Shown: piece after piece, positions 35,530 through 47,522 of the stretch
Position numbering within the stretch: position 1 is the stretch's first letter
How the letters are laid out: every line of letters begins with the position of its first letter
DNA from: Escherichia coli
GTDB taxonomy: Bacteria; Pseudomonadota; Gammaproteobacteria; Enterobacterales; Enterobacteriaceae
Length of the DNA stretch: 64,000 bases
Assembly: GCF_050920415.1 (NCBI RefSeq)
Contig: NZ_CP169309.1
Reading direction: 5' to 3' (one strand)
Program-made: the position numbers and the translations under genes
Notes under the pieces: model-generated
What the model saw: only the letters and a program-made list of their open reading frames with translations
Databases searched by the model: none
Told to the model about the DNA's origin: nothing

Positions 35530-36012
35530 TCACGCAAAACAGAGTTCCTGTTCAGGAATACTTTCAACATCACAGTTGTCACTGCCGCCGCGATCGATGG
35601 TCAGAAAATCGGTGACGCGCTGCCAGGCGAAAAGTGGGTGATGCCAGACGTTACGATGGTAATTCACTCCCTGTTCACCGTTGGTAATAAACGCCCGCAG
35701 GGTTGACAGGTCTGGTTTGTCGTCACCTAACGCCACGACCACCACAAACACTTCCCCTTTCATCGGAATAAAGGCCTGAGTGCCCAGCGGATGACGTTCG
35801 AGTTCGTGAATGGTCAGCGGCAGATTCGCCGGTTGCGCGCGGTTAATGCTGATAAGCGTACGGTCTTGCTCAAGAATCTCAACCAGCGCCAAATCGTGGT
35901 AACGCTCCACCAGGCCATTGTTAATATGGAAAAAATCCCGTTGCTGCGTTTCGATTACGTCGCCATAAGCACTAAAGGCTTCCTGACTTAACGGTAATAC
36001 CTGAAGTTTCAT
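35530..36012 (-). CDS. allA: Ureidoglycolate lyase
   Basis: 160 aa. Confidence 0.9.
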
Positions 36013-36240
36013 CTTTTTGTCCTTGTAACATAATTCCGTTCAACCACCGCCGACCGGTCAATGTGGTTCAATAACAGGCAATCTAAAACCTTAAGAGAAC
36101 AACATCAATACAAATGTTGGAATATTTTTCCAAAACTAGATTTAGTCCACAAATCACACAGGGTTATCATGTAAAAATACTGATAAATCAGAGGATAAGA
36201 AAATCACGCAACTTGCGGATTTAAAAGGGGATACCTGAAG
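36013..36240. promoter_or_regulatory. Divergent allA / allS control region (AllR operator expected here from established knowledge)
   Basis: 228 bp AT-rich intergenic region between divergent allA and allS; operator position inferred, not seen as a motif. Confidence 0.4.
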
Positions 36241-37167
36241 ATGTTCGATCCAGAAACCTTGCGGACTTTCATTGCGGTTGCTGAAACAGGAAGTTTTTCA
36301 AAAGCGGCAGAACGATTATGTAAAACCACGGCGACGATCAGTTATCGCATTAAACTTCTGGAAGAGAATACCGGAGTGGCGCTGTTTTTCCGCACGACTC
36401 GCAGCGTGACGTTGACAGCGGCTGGCGAGCATCTACTTTCTCAGGCCAGAGACTGGCTGAGCTGGCTGGAAAGTATGCCCAGCGAGCTGCAACAGGTGAA
36501 TGATGGCGTGGAACGCCAGGTGAATATTGTCATCAACAACCTGCTCTACAACCCCCAGGCCGTCGCCCAGCTGCTGGCGTGGCTGAATGAACGTTACCCC
36601 TTTACCCAGTTTCACATCTCCCGACAAATCTATATGGGCGTCTGGGACTCGCTATTGTACGAAGGTTTTTCACTGGCTATCGGCGTCACGGGAACCGAGG
36701 CGCTGGCAAATACCTTTAGTCTTGATCCCTTAGGATCGGTGCAATGGCGCTTTGTCATGGCGGCGGATCATCCGCTGGCGAAAGTTGAAGAGCCGCTAAC
36801 AGAAGCGCAGTTGCGGCGCTTTCCGGCGGTTAATATTGAAGACAGCGCCCGCACCTTAACCAAGCGCGTCGCCTGGCGTTTGCCGGGGCAAAAAGAGATT
36901 ATTGTTCCCGATATGGAAACGAAAATCGCCGCCCATCTGGCGGGCGTTGGCATTGGTTTTTTGCCAAAATCACTTTGCCAGTCAATGATCGATAATCAAC
37001 AATTGATCTGCCGGGTAATCCCAACGATGCGCCCTCCTTCGCCATTGAGTCTGGCATGGCGCAAATTTGGCAGCGGCAAAGCGGTAGAAGATATTGTGGC
37101 CTTGTTTACCCAGCGCAGGCCGGAAATCAGCGGATTTTTAGAAATTTTCGGCAACCCACGCAGTTAA
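36241..37167 (+). CDS. allS: LysR-family activator of allD
   Basis: 308 aa with N-terminal LysR HTH. Confidence 0.9.
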   Translation: MFDPETLRTFIAVAETGSFSKAAERLCKTTATISYRIKLLEENTGVALFFRTTRSVTLTAAGEHLLSQARDWLSWLESMPSELQQVNDGVERQVNIVINNLLYNPQAVAQLLAWLNERYPFTQFHISRQIYMGVWDSLLYEGFSLAIGVTGTEALANTFSLDPLGSVQWRFVMAADHPLAKVEEPLTEAQLRRFPAVNIEDSARTLTKRVAWRLPGQKEIIVPDMETKIAAHLAGVGIGFLPKSLCQSMIDNQQLICRVIPTMRPPSPLSLAWRKFGSGKAVEDIVALFTQRRPEISGFLEIFGNPRS

Positions 37168-37220
37168 AAATCAAGTTTCCTTGCGCGTTGGCGCGTAAAA
37201 TAGCGTGCAAGCTGATTTGA

Positions 37221-38330
<1,110 letters not shown>

Positions 38331-38364
38331 TGAGGGACACGGTGCCTGTTTCATAAAGATCATT

Positions 38365-38782
38365 TATACCCGTCATACTTCAAGTTGCATATGCGTTGGC
38401 AAGTTATTCAGGGATAGCCGGATGAGTGACATCACCATCCGGCTTAAGATTCCATACTATAATAATTCGAGTTGCAGGACAAAACGCCAGTGGCGTTTTG
38501 AACAACGCTTGCGTTGACCCTGAAAGGGTGAGGCCTAAGGCCGAGTAACGCGACAGGCGAGTGACAAATTCGTCGGGAACGAATTTGACCAGCCTCTGGC
38601 TGGCCTTCGGTGAAAGGCATCCTGCCTTTCAGTCATCCCCAGTCACTTACTGGGGTGAGCGACAAATCCGCATGGAGCGGATTTGAACGCTGCTTGCAGC
38701 GGTCCCGTAAGGGGTGAGGCCCATGGATGGGCCGAATAACTCGCAGACGCAGCACATGCAACTTGAAGTATGATGGGTATAT
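38365..38782. repeat. ERIC/IRU-like composite intergenic element bounded by 30-bp inverted repeats
   Basis: Left arm tatacccgtcatacttcaagttgcatatgc, right arm gcacatgcaacttgaagtatgatgggtata; interior contains the ERIC core-like agtcacttactggggtgagcg and internally repeated ggtgaggcc...ggccga segments. Confidence 0.5.
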
Positions 38783-38939
38783 ACACAATGAACTTCAAGA
38801 CACTTGCTTCGGTATCTGGAAATTATCATTAATTCTGGATGCGACCAGCCTTGCTATATCTGGCAATGTTTCTTCAAAAACGTCGATATTGTATCCCAGA
38901 AATCTCACACACTGCTGAACCGGCATGTTCATTAATTAT

Positions 38940-39342
38940 TTATCCAGGCCATTTGCAATCAGTACCATCACTATTATATGCCTCAATATTTTCTTCAAAC
39001 TCAGTTATTTTTCCACTTTTCGATTTATAGTAAGAGCTATTAAATCTTGCACCCTGCGTAGCAACAACATACAATCCGTTGACTTTACATCCTATAACCT
39101 CACTCCATGTATATGTAAACTCTGAAGGTCTATCATCGAAAGTCACTTCCAATTTTTTCGTAAATGCAAGAGGTATGAAATTTGAGGATATTCCATAAAC
39201 CACATAACCTAAAACAACATCACCAGAAGATACTTCAACAAATTTTAAATTTATCTTCCCGAAACTAAAACAGCCAACCGTAGTTTGTTATTTAGCAAAT
39301 AAGAAAAAGGGCATCAAACAAAAAATTAAAACAAATAATTTA
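38940..39342 (-). pseudogene. Frameshifted remnant of a small exported protein
   Basis: ATG at 39342 opens a signal-peptide-like frame (MKVKLFVLIFCLMPFSYLL...) that stops after about 32 codons; a different frame continues as the 87 aa ORF 38940-39203. Confidence 0.3.
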
Positions 39343-40268
39343 ACTTTCATATCATTTACTCCAATTCAGTTATTCGCCTCTGTACAAAAGCACACACAGA
39401 TTTTGAATTAATGGCGTACAAAAACATAATCGGATGAAAATACCACACCGGAATATTACTGATATAGCGGGATCTTACTCATTCGCTAGACTGAAAATGC
39501 AATTGAACAGAAATTTCTTACTAGTGTTTTTATCAGATGATCGGAAAGGAAATCAACTCACTGGCAAGTATCATAAGCTCAAATTGGCATATTGTATATT
39601 CCCATAAATACTTTTATTTTTTGATTAACATACTCAATACTACACATCACTAATTGAGAGAAGATTAACTTCATCATCTTTGATTAGGTACGTTTTTTAA
39701 TTTTCAATGACGCATCATAAAAAAGGGCTTACCAAGTTTAACACTAATAACAGGATATAAAGAAAACATATTGCTATATGAATCCTTTGGCGATGTTTTG
39801 GTTATGGTAATCTTTCCTTCTTTCAAGTGCTCTGCTATTATATGAAATTGAATCGGTCTTGTTGCATCACTTACCCGCAATGGATTACCAGCGTAAGCTT
39901 CATATCCTCCACCATTATTCATATGTAAAATAGTGTATTCGTCATTTAAAAATGACTGCTTACTATCGTAGACTTGGTAGTATATATTACTTATATCAAG
40001 ATAAATTACTATAGAGATATACTTAATTTTTCATTTAGCATTAATGATGTATCCATGGAATCTATACATCTTTCAATATCAGTTATTTTTTCTTCTATAT
40101 ACGTAGCATAATTTTTTGGCACTGGCGTGTTTAGCCCTCATATACCCTCATTAACTAAGACACCATTTTGCTTGCTTTTTACATTGTAATAAAGACAATC
40201 AATATTGAATTTATTATTTTTATATTTCAGTGTTGTATATACAGTAAAATCATGCAGCGAACGCCCAT

Positions 40269-40544
40269 CTAAAACAATTGCGGGCGTGTCAGAAAAAAGT
40301 CAAATGAATAAGATGGATTATTTTCATAATCAGTCATAAATTTCATCTTTCTTATTTCATGATCAACGATCGCATAGATCTCATGATTAGATTCATCATA
40401 TCCATAAATGATTTCACCACCAGTACTGGCAGTAGCAGTAGCACTACTACAAATCAACATAATTACAAGTACATATCTAGTCAAGTTGAAAATCCTTAGG
40501 GGCAGATGATGTTTTTTCCAAGATGGATTGAAATTTTTCAACAT
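40269..40544 (-). CDS. Small hypothetical protein, possible orphan exported protein
   Basis: 91 aa ORF in an AT-rich decayed region; internal hydrophobic stretch. Confidence 0.25.
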   Translation of the reverse strand: MLKNFNPSWKKHHLPLRIFNLTRYVLVIMLICSSATATASTGGEIIYGYDESNHEIYAIVDHEIRKMKFMTDYENNPSYSFDFFLTRPQLF

Positions 40545-40854
40545 AAGAATCCATTAATTGCTTCTGATATTTTTCATTAATTATTTTTCGCGTATTATTA
40601 TATTAAATTTTATCACTGTTAATATATGTGGGGATTTTTACTCGTAAAAATCCCCGCCTCAATTCCCCAAATCATAATTGATACAGGACACAACTCTAGC
40701 AATGGTATCGTGAATAGTTTTCTTTAATAAGGCACGTCTCAATTCTTGAACATAAATTCGAATTATTTAGTAAAAAAACATCATCCCTGGGAGTATTACC
40801 TATTTTTGTATAATGCTATATTTATAGTAAACAATTCACAAGAAAATATTATTA

Positions 40855-41826
40855 CTAATATTTATATTCCTCCCACTGAGCACCGTATCGATGCTTTAAC
40901 AGTTTAACTTTAATTTCATCATATGTTTTAACTTTACTACCATCAATCTTAAGGCGAATTTTATTCGAGGTGATATCAACATAATTTCTATTTTCCCCAC
41001 CCGCAGGGAAAAAATCAAACATAAAATTAGACATGTTTTGTTCTTTTTTCATGAGAGCTCCATACTCACACATGTCATTTATATTTTGTATGTATGGAGT
41101 GCCCCCCTGACATGATGGATAATGAAAATCAATTATAGTAAAAAGCGATTTATTGACACTCCTCTGAAAGAACCACTTATTATTTACAATACGATAGGTT
41201 AAAGATTTAAATGTATACCAGTGACTTCCTGGAAGAAAAGAGTAAGCTTCATTAAGATTGACAGTAAATACCTTAGTTTCTCCAGAGGAAAGCTTTACCC
41301 ATTCTGATTTTATATCACAATTATCGCCCATACCAAAATAAAGCTCATCATTGGCATCATCCTCAACAAAATCACATATATTGGTTGCGGAAGGACGGAA
41401 TTTCAGATAGAAACCACTTGTGGATATTAAAAAAGAATCCTCACATAAAGGAGAAAAAAAATAAGGCTCCGATGTGTGTGAGGAGATAGGTAATAATCGT
41501 CTATGAATGAAATTTTCGCTACCCCCCAAATTTGTAAAACTTATTTTTGCTAACACACGAGAGTCAATTTGCTTAACGGTTAATCTAACATCAACATCAA
41601 ACATATTACGATTTGGCAATTTTTCCTCGACTCCGTCAGTGTAATGTGATAACTCAAGTATATTGTCCTCAAGAGTCATCGAATTTAATTTTTGTTCGGA
41701 AACATATTGTGCAATAACCTCATCATTGCAGTATCCATGAAATGAAATAAACATTAGCACTGCAATCTTAACTAATCTCAAAATACTTTTCAATATTGTA
41801 TGCATTATTAAAAACCAGCGGGTCAT
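40855..41826 (-). CDS. Putative immunity protein 2 (exported), paralogue of the 43491-44312 gene
   Basis: 323 aa; N-terminal hydrophobic signal-like segment; conserved segments shared with 43491-44312 (FTN...S, FxPG..Y, F.KS..Y+.VN+KWF); directly downstream of the HExxH gene. Confidence 0.6.
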   Translation of the reverse strand: MTRWFLIMHTILKSILRLVKIAVLMFISFHGYCNDEVIAQYVSEQKLNSMTLEDNILELSHYTDGVEEKLPNRNMFDVDVRLTVKQIDSRVLAKISFTNLGGSENFIHRRLLPISSHTSEPYFFSPLCEDSFLISTSGFYLKFRPSATNICDFVEDDANDELYFGMGDNCDIKSEWVKLSSGETKVFTVNLNEAYSFLPGSHWYTFKSLTYRIVNNKWFFQRSVNKSLFTIIDFHYPSCQGGTPYIQNINDMCEYGALMKKEQNMSNFMFDFFPAGGENRNYVDITSNKIRLKIDGSKVKTYDEIKVKLLKHRYGAQWEEYKY

Positions 41827-42582
41827 GTTTTGATTTTAATTCTTTTGCATTGGCAATTTCTCTTTTTTTTCCCAAATCGTTACTGCTTAATCCACCATAA
41901 TACTGTTCTCCATCCCAGATAATAAAAAGGTGAGATAACTCATGGCATAATGTGGAGACTCGAGAGTTTTCTCCCGTTGGATTTTTACATGTGAAATTTT
42001 GTAAGATATCTATAGATATTCTTTCTCGATACTCTAACTTTAAAAGTTCAGCCTTCGACTTATTTTTATACTCACTACTTTGGTATTGGGGCCGATTTAG
42101 ATCTATATGAGTCGTCTGAGCAGCCGGTATACGGGCTGAACCATTGACTAAATTGGTATAATTTTTAAAATTGCCATATATTAGTTGTACATTATCTTGC
42201 GTTCGAGTTTCAATGATCAAGCTATCACAAATCATGATCATTCTGTAAACCCCCTCTTTTATAAAAGTATGTGCGTCAATATTCTTGGTTTGTGGAGTGA
42301 AGTTCCCATTATTATCTGACTTTTGACAAGGAGCATAGTGTTCCATTGTTATAATAGCATCACCTGGTAATCCAAATATATCTTCAAAATTTTTCTGATC
42401 TGCTGGTGTCCATGCTTCCAGATTTTTGCTCTGATATTCAATACTCGCTTTGTTTCTTCCAAAGCAGGCGTTATCATGTTGTAAAATTGATCAGTAACCT
42501 TTGCTTCTTTTTTACATATATTGCCTTTTTGAGTTACCCCTTGTGAACTTCCTTTGTTATTATTCATAAACACCTCCCTCAA
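41768..42582 (-). pseudogene. HExxH-motif putative type VI effector, copy 2, disrupted by a -1 frameshift in an A5 run
   Basis: Two ORFs (42349-42582 and 41768-42346) in different frames both align to the intact paralogue at 44336-45127; HELSH at 41930-41944; frames switch at the T5/A5 run 42423-42427. Confidence 0.7.
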
Positions 42583-42975
42583 TCATATCTATACTTTGAT
42601 GCAATAGCCTGACTTTTATCGTCAGCTCACTGTCAGTGATAAATATTTCCGTATACCCATCCTTATCCGTTTCCCCTCGCGCTTGTGTGCCGTCCTCAAA
42701 AAAGGCAATGTAGCGTGTTTCTGAATACGGTATCCCGTCATCGTCTGTAAAATGAAACTGGAGGGTGTATTTCTCAGGTTCATCCTTATCTTCATTGTCG
42801 TTCCCAGAATCATTTCCATCGCCACCACCGACCCCGCCATTGCCTTGCCCGCCCTCTGCACCACCATCTTTATCACTACCTTCATCCGTCAGTGCCTCCA
42901 GCACGCCCGGTTGCAGTGTCGGTACCGGAGTCCCCGGACTACCCCCACCATTCAGATTTATCTTCGGCCCCCAGG
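42560..42975 (-). pseudogene. Orphan 3' fragment of a vgrG gene (last 140 codons or so)
   Basis: Translation GPKINLNGGGSPGTPVPTLQP...DEPEKYTLQFHFTDDDGIPYSETRYIAFFEDGTQ matches the C-terminal region of the full vgrG at 45117-47522; DNA 42897-42970 matches 45463-45536; no upstream vgrG body. Confidence 0.75.
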
Positions 42976-43335
42976 GAAAGATTACGAAAGCCCGCTCCCC
43001 GCAAGGACTGACGCCAGATACTTTCTGTCCATGGCTGCTTTTCGCATCTTACGTCTTAACCCTGCCTTGAATACCTTATCATTCGTCAAAATATTAATAG
43101 CGATGTGCCGTATCCCTGAAAATAATTCTGCTGCATTTCCTCTTCTTATTTTGCAGTCGTCTTCATTCATTACCACGTCCAGACGCCAGTGCAGCTTATT
43201 CTCCACGTGCCCGTGGTTTCGGATTGCTGTGGCGAACTTCTCTGCGGTTAAATCAGCAGAACTGATATAATATCTGACCGTCATTTCTGGCTCTTTCTTT
43301 TGTTCTGCTATTATGGACCGAAAGGAGACTGCCAC
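42972..43335 (-). mobile_element. H-repeat (ISAs1-family) transposase 3' remnant
   Basis: 117 aa ORF ending ...[28 protein letters not shown], recognised as the C-terminus of H-rpt/ISAs1-type transposases; no N-terminal part present. Confidence 0.65.
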
Positions 43336-43490
43336 GCATAATTTCTTCAGCCCTTTCCATTCAAACGTGAAATCAATAAGTTCATCAGGGACATCGCAAA
43401 CAATATGAAGACGGATTTCTTCTCTGCCGTGACTAAAATGCGAATTATTTAGTACAAAAAAAGCGGCGCACCTTGTTCTTTCCCAGATTC

Positions 43491-44312
43491 CTAATATGGC
43501 AACTTTAAGTTATCGCCGTCTATACTTATAGAAATTTCATCAGGGGTGACGTAAATAGAATTTTTTTCATCCTCAATTGCCCATAACTGATTAATAAAAA
43601 AGTGTTTTTTTTCATCTAATAACAAATTATCACATGTAGTAAAATTATTAATATCAAAAAGATCATCAGCACAATTAATTTTTAAATTTAAAAAATAAAG
43701 AAAAATATTATTGATTGATTTGAGTGTAAACCACTTGTCATTAACAAATTTATAGCCAGATGATTTTATAAAATAATAATTATCTCCTGGTATAAAGGCA
43801 TACATATCATTTAAGGTTATACTCAACAAAAAACTACGACCTGGTTTAATAGTATTCCACCGTTCAGGATTCGTATTAATTTCAAAAGGACATGAACCAC
43901 CTAAGTAGTCCAACGTGATATTCCCAGAGTTGATTCTGAATGGTTTTTTGCATATTGCATCATATTCATCTCCTTTTCCATCTTTTACTTTCATAGGTAG
44001 ATAATATTTAGAAAAAAAATACGTGGTAGAGCTTTTGTTAGTAAAGGTTATGTTAGCAAAAATCCTGTTATTTTTTTTACTCATAGCTAATTGAGCATTG
44101 ACATCCGCTATATAATTTATATGATTACATTTTTTCTTACACTCATCATAATTTTCGATAGGATAAATTAATGGCCTTCCTTTGATATCTCTCTCAAGCC
44201 CAAACCCGTATTTTTTTATTAAAACCATTTCATCTGCAGTCGATTGAAAGGAATAGAAAAATATAATATTTACGATTGTCATTATTATGATTTTTTTTAT
44301 AGCTTGCAGCAT
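43491..44312 (-). CDS. Putative immunity protein 1 (exported)
   Basis: 273 aa, hydrophobic N-terminus ([16 protein letters not shown]); immediately downstream of the HExxH gene; paralogue of 40855-41826. Confidence 0.6.
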   Translation of the reverse strand: MLQAIKKIIIMTIVNIIFFYSFQSTADEMVLIKKYGFGLERDIKGRPLIYPIENYDECKKKCNHINYIADVNAQLAMSKKNNRIFANITFTNKSSTTYFFSKYYLPMKVKDGKGDEYDAICKKPFRINSGNITLDYLGGSCPFEINTNPERWNTIKPGRSFLLSITLNDMYAFIPGDNYYFIKSSGYKFVNDKWFTLKSINNIFLYFLNLKINCADDLFDINNFTTCDNLLLDEKKHFFINQLWAIEDEKNSIYVTPDEISISIDGDNLKLPY

Positions 44313-44335
44313 TAATATATTTCTCGACTTATTAG

Positions 44336-45127
44336 TTAATGGAGAAGTGCTTTTTCTAATTCCGCTATTTTTTTCTTAACTAAATTGCTTAATATTTCAT
44401 CATTAATCGAGTCTATCTCACTTTCAATTAATCTTATTTCAAAATATCTTTCTATGTTATATGCATTCTCAAATATTTGATCTTTTTGTTTAGAGATCAG
44501 TTTAGTTGCAATACGGATATGTTCGTCATATGAAACTTCATCCTCTTTGCACGTTGAATATTTATCAGTAGTTGTATAATCCTGTGACCACATACCACCT
44601 TTTTTATTATCCCTATAATACCACTGAATATGAGACATTTCATGACATAAAGTAGCAACATGAGAATCCTTTCCCGTTACTGGATTTTTTTTGCCATCTC
44701 TATACTCAAATTTTGCGCCTATGTTAATTATATAGGGCATATCCTTACTTGGGCTGACGAATGCTGCAAATTCATTACAACCTGTATAATTTATAAAACT
44801 GCTCATTGTTAAATCATTAGCTATAATCATTAATCTTCTCACACCATCCATCATAAGAAATCTAGCATTCATGCGCCTGCCTGTATTATGTCCATATTTT
44901 CTTATATTAACTTCCTTATTTCCTTTAACACCAAAGATCTTACTGAAATCATATTCCTCCTGTGCTCCCCATCTCAAAAGATCATCTGCTCTTTTTATCA
45001 AAACCAACTTTTGTGCCTTACGAGCCTTATCAATCATTATTTTAAAATGATCAGTTATTTTTTGCTCTTTCACACATTCTTCTGGCTCTGGCTTTGGTTG
45101 TCCAGAAGTTTGATTATTATCGTCCAT
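44336..45127 (-). CDS. HExxH-motif putative zinc-metallopeptidase-like type VI effector, copy 1 (intact)
   Basis: Start ATG 45127 with AAGGA RBS, overlapping the vgrG stop; HEMSH at 44630-44644 (catgaaatgtctcat on the sense strand); no signal peptide; low GC. Confidence 0.7.
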   Translation of the reverse strand: MDDNNQTSGQPKPEPEECVKEQKITDHFKIMIDKARKAQKLVLIKRADDLLRWGAQEEYDFSKIFGVKGNKEVNIRKYGHNTGRRMNARFLMMDGVRRLMIIANDLTMSSFINYTGCNEFAAFVSPSKDMPYIINIGAKFEYRDGKKNPVTGKDSHVATLCHEMSHIQWYYRDNKKGGMWSQDYTTTDKYSTCKEDEVSYDEHIRIATKLISKQKDQIFENAYNIERYFEIRLIESEIDSINDEILSNLVKKKIAELEKALLH

Positions 45128-47522
45128 AGTGTCCTTCCATTGAGAGAAAATCATCATTCGCAAATAGCAACTTCACTTTAATTTCATGTTTGCTAGATAC
45201 AAAAAAACGCTCTGTATACCCCTCTTCATCCGTTTCTCCGCGGGTCTGCGTGCCATCCTCAAAGAAGGCAATGTAGCGGGTTTCTGAATACGGTATCCCG
45301 TCATCGTCTGTAAAATGGAACTGGAGAGTATATTTTTCAGGTTCATCCTCATCGTCACCTCGATCATCACCACCACTTCCGGTCACGCAGTTCCCTCCAG
45401 AGTTTTCATTTTCTTCTCCGGAATCACTGCCATCACCACTCTTCTCATCCCCCAGTGTCTTCAGCACCGCCGGTTGCAGCGTCGGTACAGGCGTCCCCGG
45501 ACTGCCTCCCCCGTTCAGATTTATCTTCGGCCCCACTATATCCACGCCCCCTGAATGGATGACCACAAACGAGCCACCCAACTTCAGGCTTATCCGGCTG
45601 CTGCTCTCCAGCACGATATCCCCGTCCACCTTTATCCCCAGCGCACCACTCACCTTCCTCGCCAGGTCGCCTTTCACCTCCAGGCTGTGTTTTCCCTCCA
45701 CCAGGCTGATGTGGTTTCCTGTCGTTTTGTGCTCCTGCTTCCCTTCCACCGTCACCTTTCGGTCGTTTCTGACGTACAGACCGTCATCGTGGCTGACGTT
45801 CACCCGCCGGTCGTTCGTCACCTTCAGCGTCTGGTCGTTGCGCACCGTGATGCTCCGGTCATGGGCCACCGTGATACTCTGGTCGTGGCCCCCTTCTTTT
45901 CTGGTGCCGACCTCAACCGTCTGCCCCTTCACCACCCTTATCTTCTGGTCGTTACCGATGGTCTCCGTATGGTCATGCTTCACGTCCGTCGTCCGGTCGT
46001 TAAGCACCTCCGTGTCCATGTTCTTCTGCGCGTGGATATACACCTGCTCACTGTCCGTCGCATCCTCGAAACGCAGTTCATTAAAGCCGCTTCCTTTATA
46101 GGTCTTCGAGCGGATGGTCATCTGCGTCCGCGTGCCCGGTAAATCCCCCGGTGAACGGTTATCTTCATGGTAGGTCCGCCCCGTCACAATGGGCTGGTCC
46201 GGGTCTCCGTTCAGAAAGTCCACTATCACTTCCTGACCCACACGCGGTATCGCCAGATTGCCGAACCCCGGTCCCGCCCATGCCTGCGACACCCGTATCC
46301 AGCATGAACTCTCCTCCGTCATCCCGTGATAACGGTCCCAGTGAAACTTCACCCGTACCCGGCCATGCTCGTCGCAGAATATCTCCTCGCCCTTCGGCCC
46401 GGTCACGATGGCACTCTGCGGGCCGTCCACCTTCGGCTTCGGCAGCGGCGCGTGACGCCACGTCCTGTCTGCCGGTATCACCTCAAACTGGTTACTCAGC
46501 GTCGTCCCTTCACCGTGACTGCCGTGCAGCGCCTGCGGCTGTTCTCCCCGCAGTGTGCTTCCCACAACCTGCCATTCCCGGTTCAGCGTATCCGACGGGT
46601 GACCCGACAGGGTAAACCGCGTTCCCGGCCACAGCCGCGCCGTGTTACACACCCCGCTCGCCGTCTCCGCCCCGTTCCGCCACCCTTCCGTCTGGTAACG
46701 CGCAAAATCCTGGCCATGCTGCTCATCCTTGAAACGCCCCGGATAATCAAATATCTCGTACTGCGTTCCCTGCCCGTTCAGGCTCTCCCCGTCATGGCTG
46801 TAGTACCCCGGCCACCCCGGCACTTTAAACGTATAATCCTGCGTCTCCACCGACGCCACGCTTATCTGCGCACGGTAACGAAACTCACTGATGTACTCCG
46901 TCGTTCCCCCGGTCGTCGTGTTCGGGTTAAACGCCAGCGCCCCCATTCCCGTCAGCCCCGCCACGTCATCACACACCGCCAGCTTCTGTTCCGGCCCGTC
47001 CTGACTGCAGCGTTCATAAAAGAAGATACCTTCCTCCGCCCACAGCCGGGTCAGGAACGCCAGGTCGCTCTCCCCGTACTGCACGCAGAACTCCCGCGCC
47101 GGATGGTCTTCATAAAACAGCGGCATCCACGCCGTCACCCCGTTCTCTCTCAGAAGCTGTGCTGATATCGTCCCGATGTCCTGCTGCTGGAAGATACGGA
47201 AGTTCTGCCGTAACCCTGCCCGCCACAGCGGCGGGCTGATGCTCAGGGAATAACGCATCTGCCAGTCGTTGTTCTCACCGAGCTGCACCTCCGTCACGAT
47301 ACCGCTGACGTAACGCTGTGCAGTGTCGCCCTGCCAGACCGTCAGCACCGCGCTTTTCTCCAGAAAATCCTCCGCCGTCAGGTCGGACAGCCCGCTGGCG
47401 ATATCCACATCCAGGATGAACGGTGTGCAGTGGTGCTGGTACAGACGGAAGCTCACCACCGCCGTCGCCATCTCCACGATGTCGTCCACCGACAGCGTGA
47501 AACGTAATCCTTCTGAGGACAT
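45117..47522 (-). CDS. vgrG: Type VI secretion spike protein VgrG with acidic Gly/Asp-rich linker and C-terminal extension domain
   Basis: 801 aa from MSSEGLRFTLSVDD; gp27-like N-terminal region, gp5-like repeats (VKHDHTETIGNDQKIRV...), then GGGSPGTPVPT, acidic linker and a C-terminal domain of about 60 aa. Confidence 0.9.
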   Translation of the reverse strand: MSSEGLRFTLSVDDIVEMATAVVSFRLYQHHCTPFILDVDIASGLSDLTAEDFLEKSAVLTVWQGDTAQRYVSGIVTEVQLGENNDWQMRYSLSISPPLWRAGLRQNFRIFQQQDIGTISAQLLRENGVTAWMPLFYEDHPAREFCVQYGESDLAFLTRLWAEEGIFFYERCSQDGPEQKLAVCDDVAGLTGMGALAFNPNTTTGGTTEYISEFRYRAQISVASVETQDYTFKVPGWPGYYSHDGESLNGQGTQYEIFDYPGRFKDEQHGQDFARYQTEGWRNGAETASGVCNTARLWPGTRFTLSGHPSDTLNREWQVVGSTLRGEQPQALHGSHGEGTTLSNQFEVIPADRTWRHAPLPKPKVDGPQSAIVTGPKGEEIFCDEHGRVRVKFHWDRYHGMTEESSCWIRVSQAWAGPGFGNLAIPRVGQEVIVDFLNGDPDQPIVTGRTYHEDNRSPGDLPGTRTQMTIRSKTYKGSGFNELRFEDATDSEQVYIHAQKNMDTEVLNDRTTDVKHDHTETIGNDQKIRVVKGQTVEVGTRKEGGHDQSITVAHDRSITVRNDQTLKVTNDRRVNVSHDDGLYVRNDRKVTVEGKQEHKTTGNHISLVEGKHSLEVKGDLARKVSGALGIKVDGDIVLESSSRISLKLGGSFVVIHSGGVDIVGPKINLNGGGSPGTPVPTLQPAVLKTLGDEKSGDGSDSGEENENSGGNCVTGSGGDDRGDDEDEPEKYTLQFHFTDDDGIPYSETRYIAFFEDGTQTRGETDEEGYTERFFVSSKHEIKVKLLFANDDFLSMEGHYGR

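Noticed and set aside
42622-43270. ORFs 42622-42885 (minus) and 42752-43270 (plus) across the vgrG fragment and H-rpt junction
   Set aside because: Alternative frames of the vgrG 3' fragment and the transposase remnant.
45173-47165. Many ORFs of 67-279 aa in the ORF track inside the vgrG region on both strands (for example 45555-46142, 46326-47165, 45173-45376)
   Set aside because: They lie wholly within the 801 aa vgrG reading frame, which has clear family features; they are alternative-frame artefacts of a GC-rich gene.
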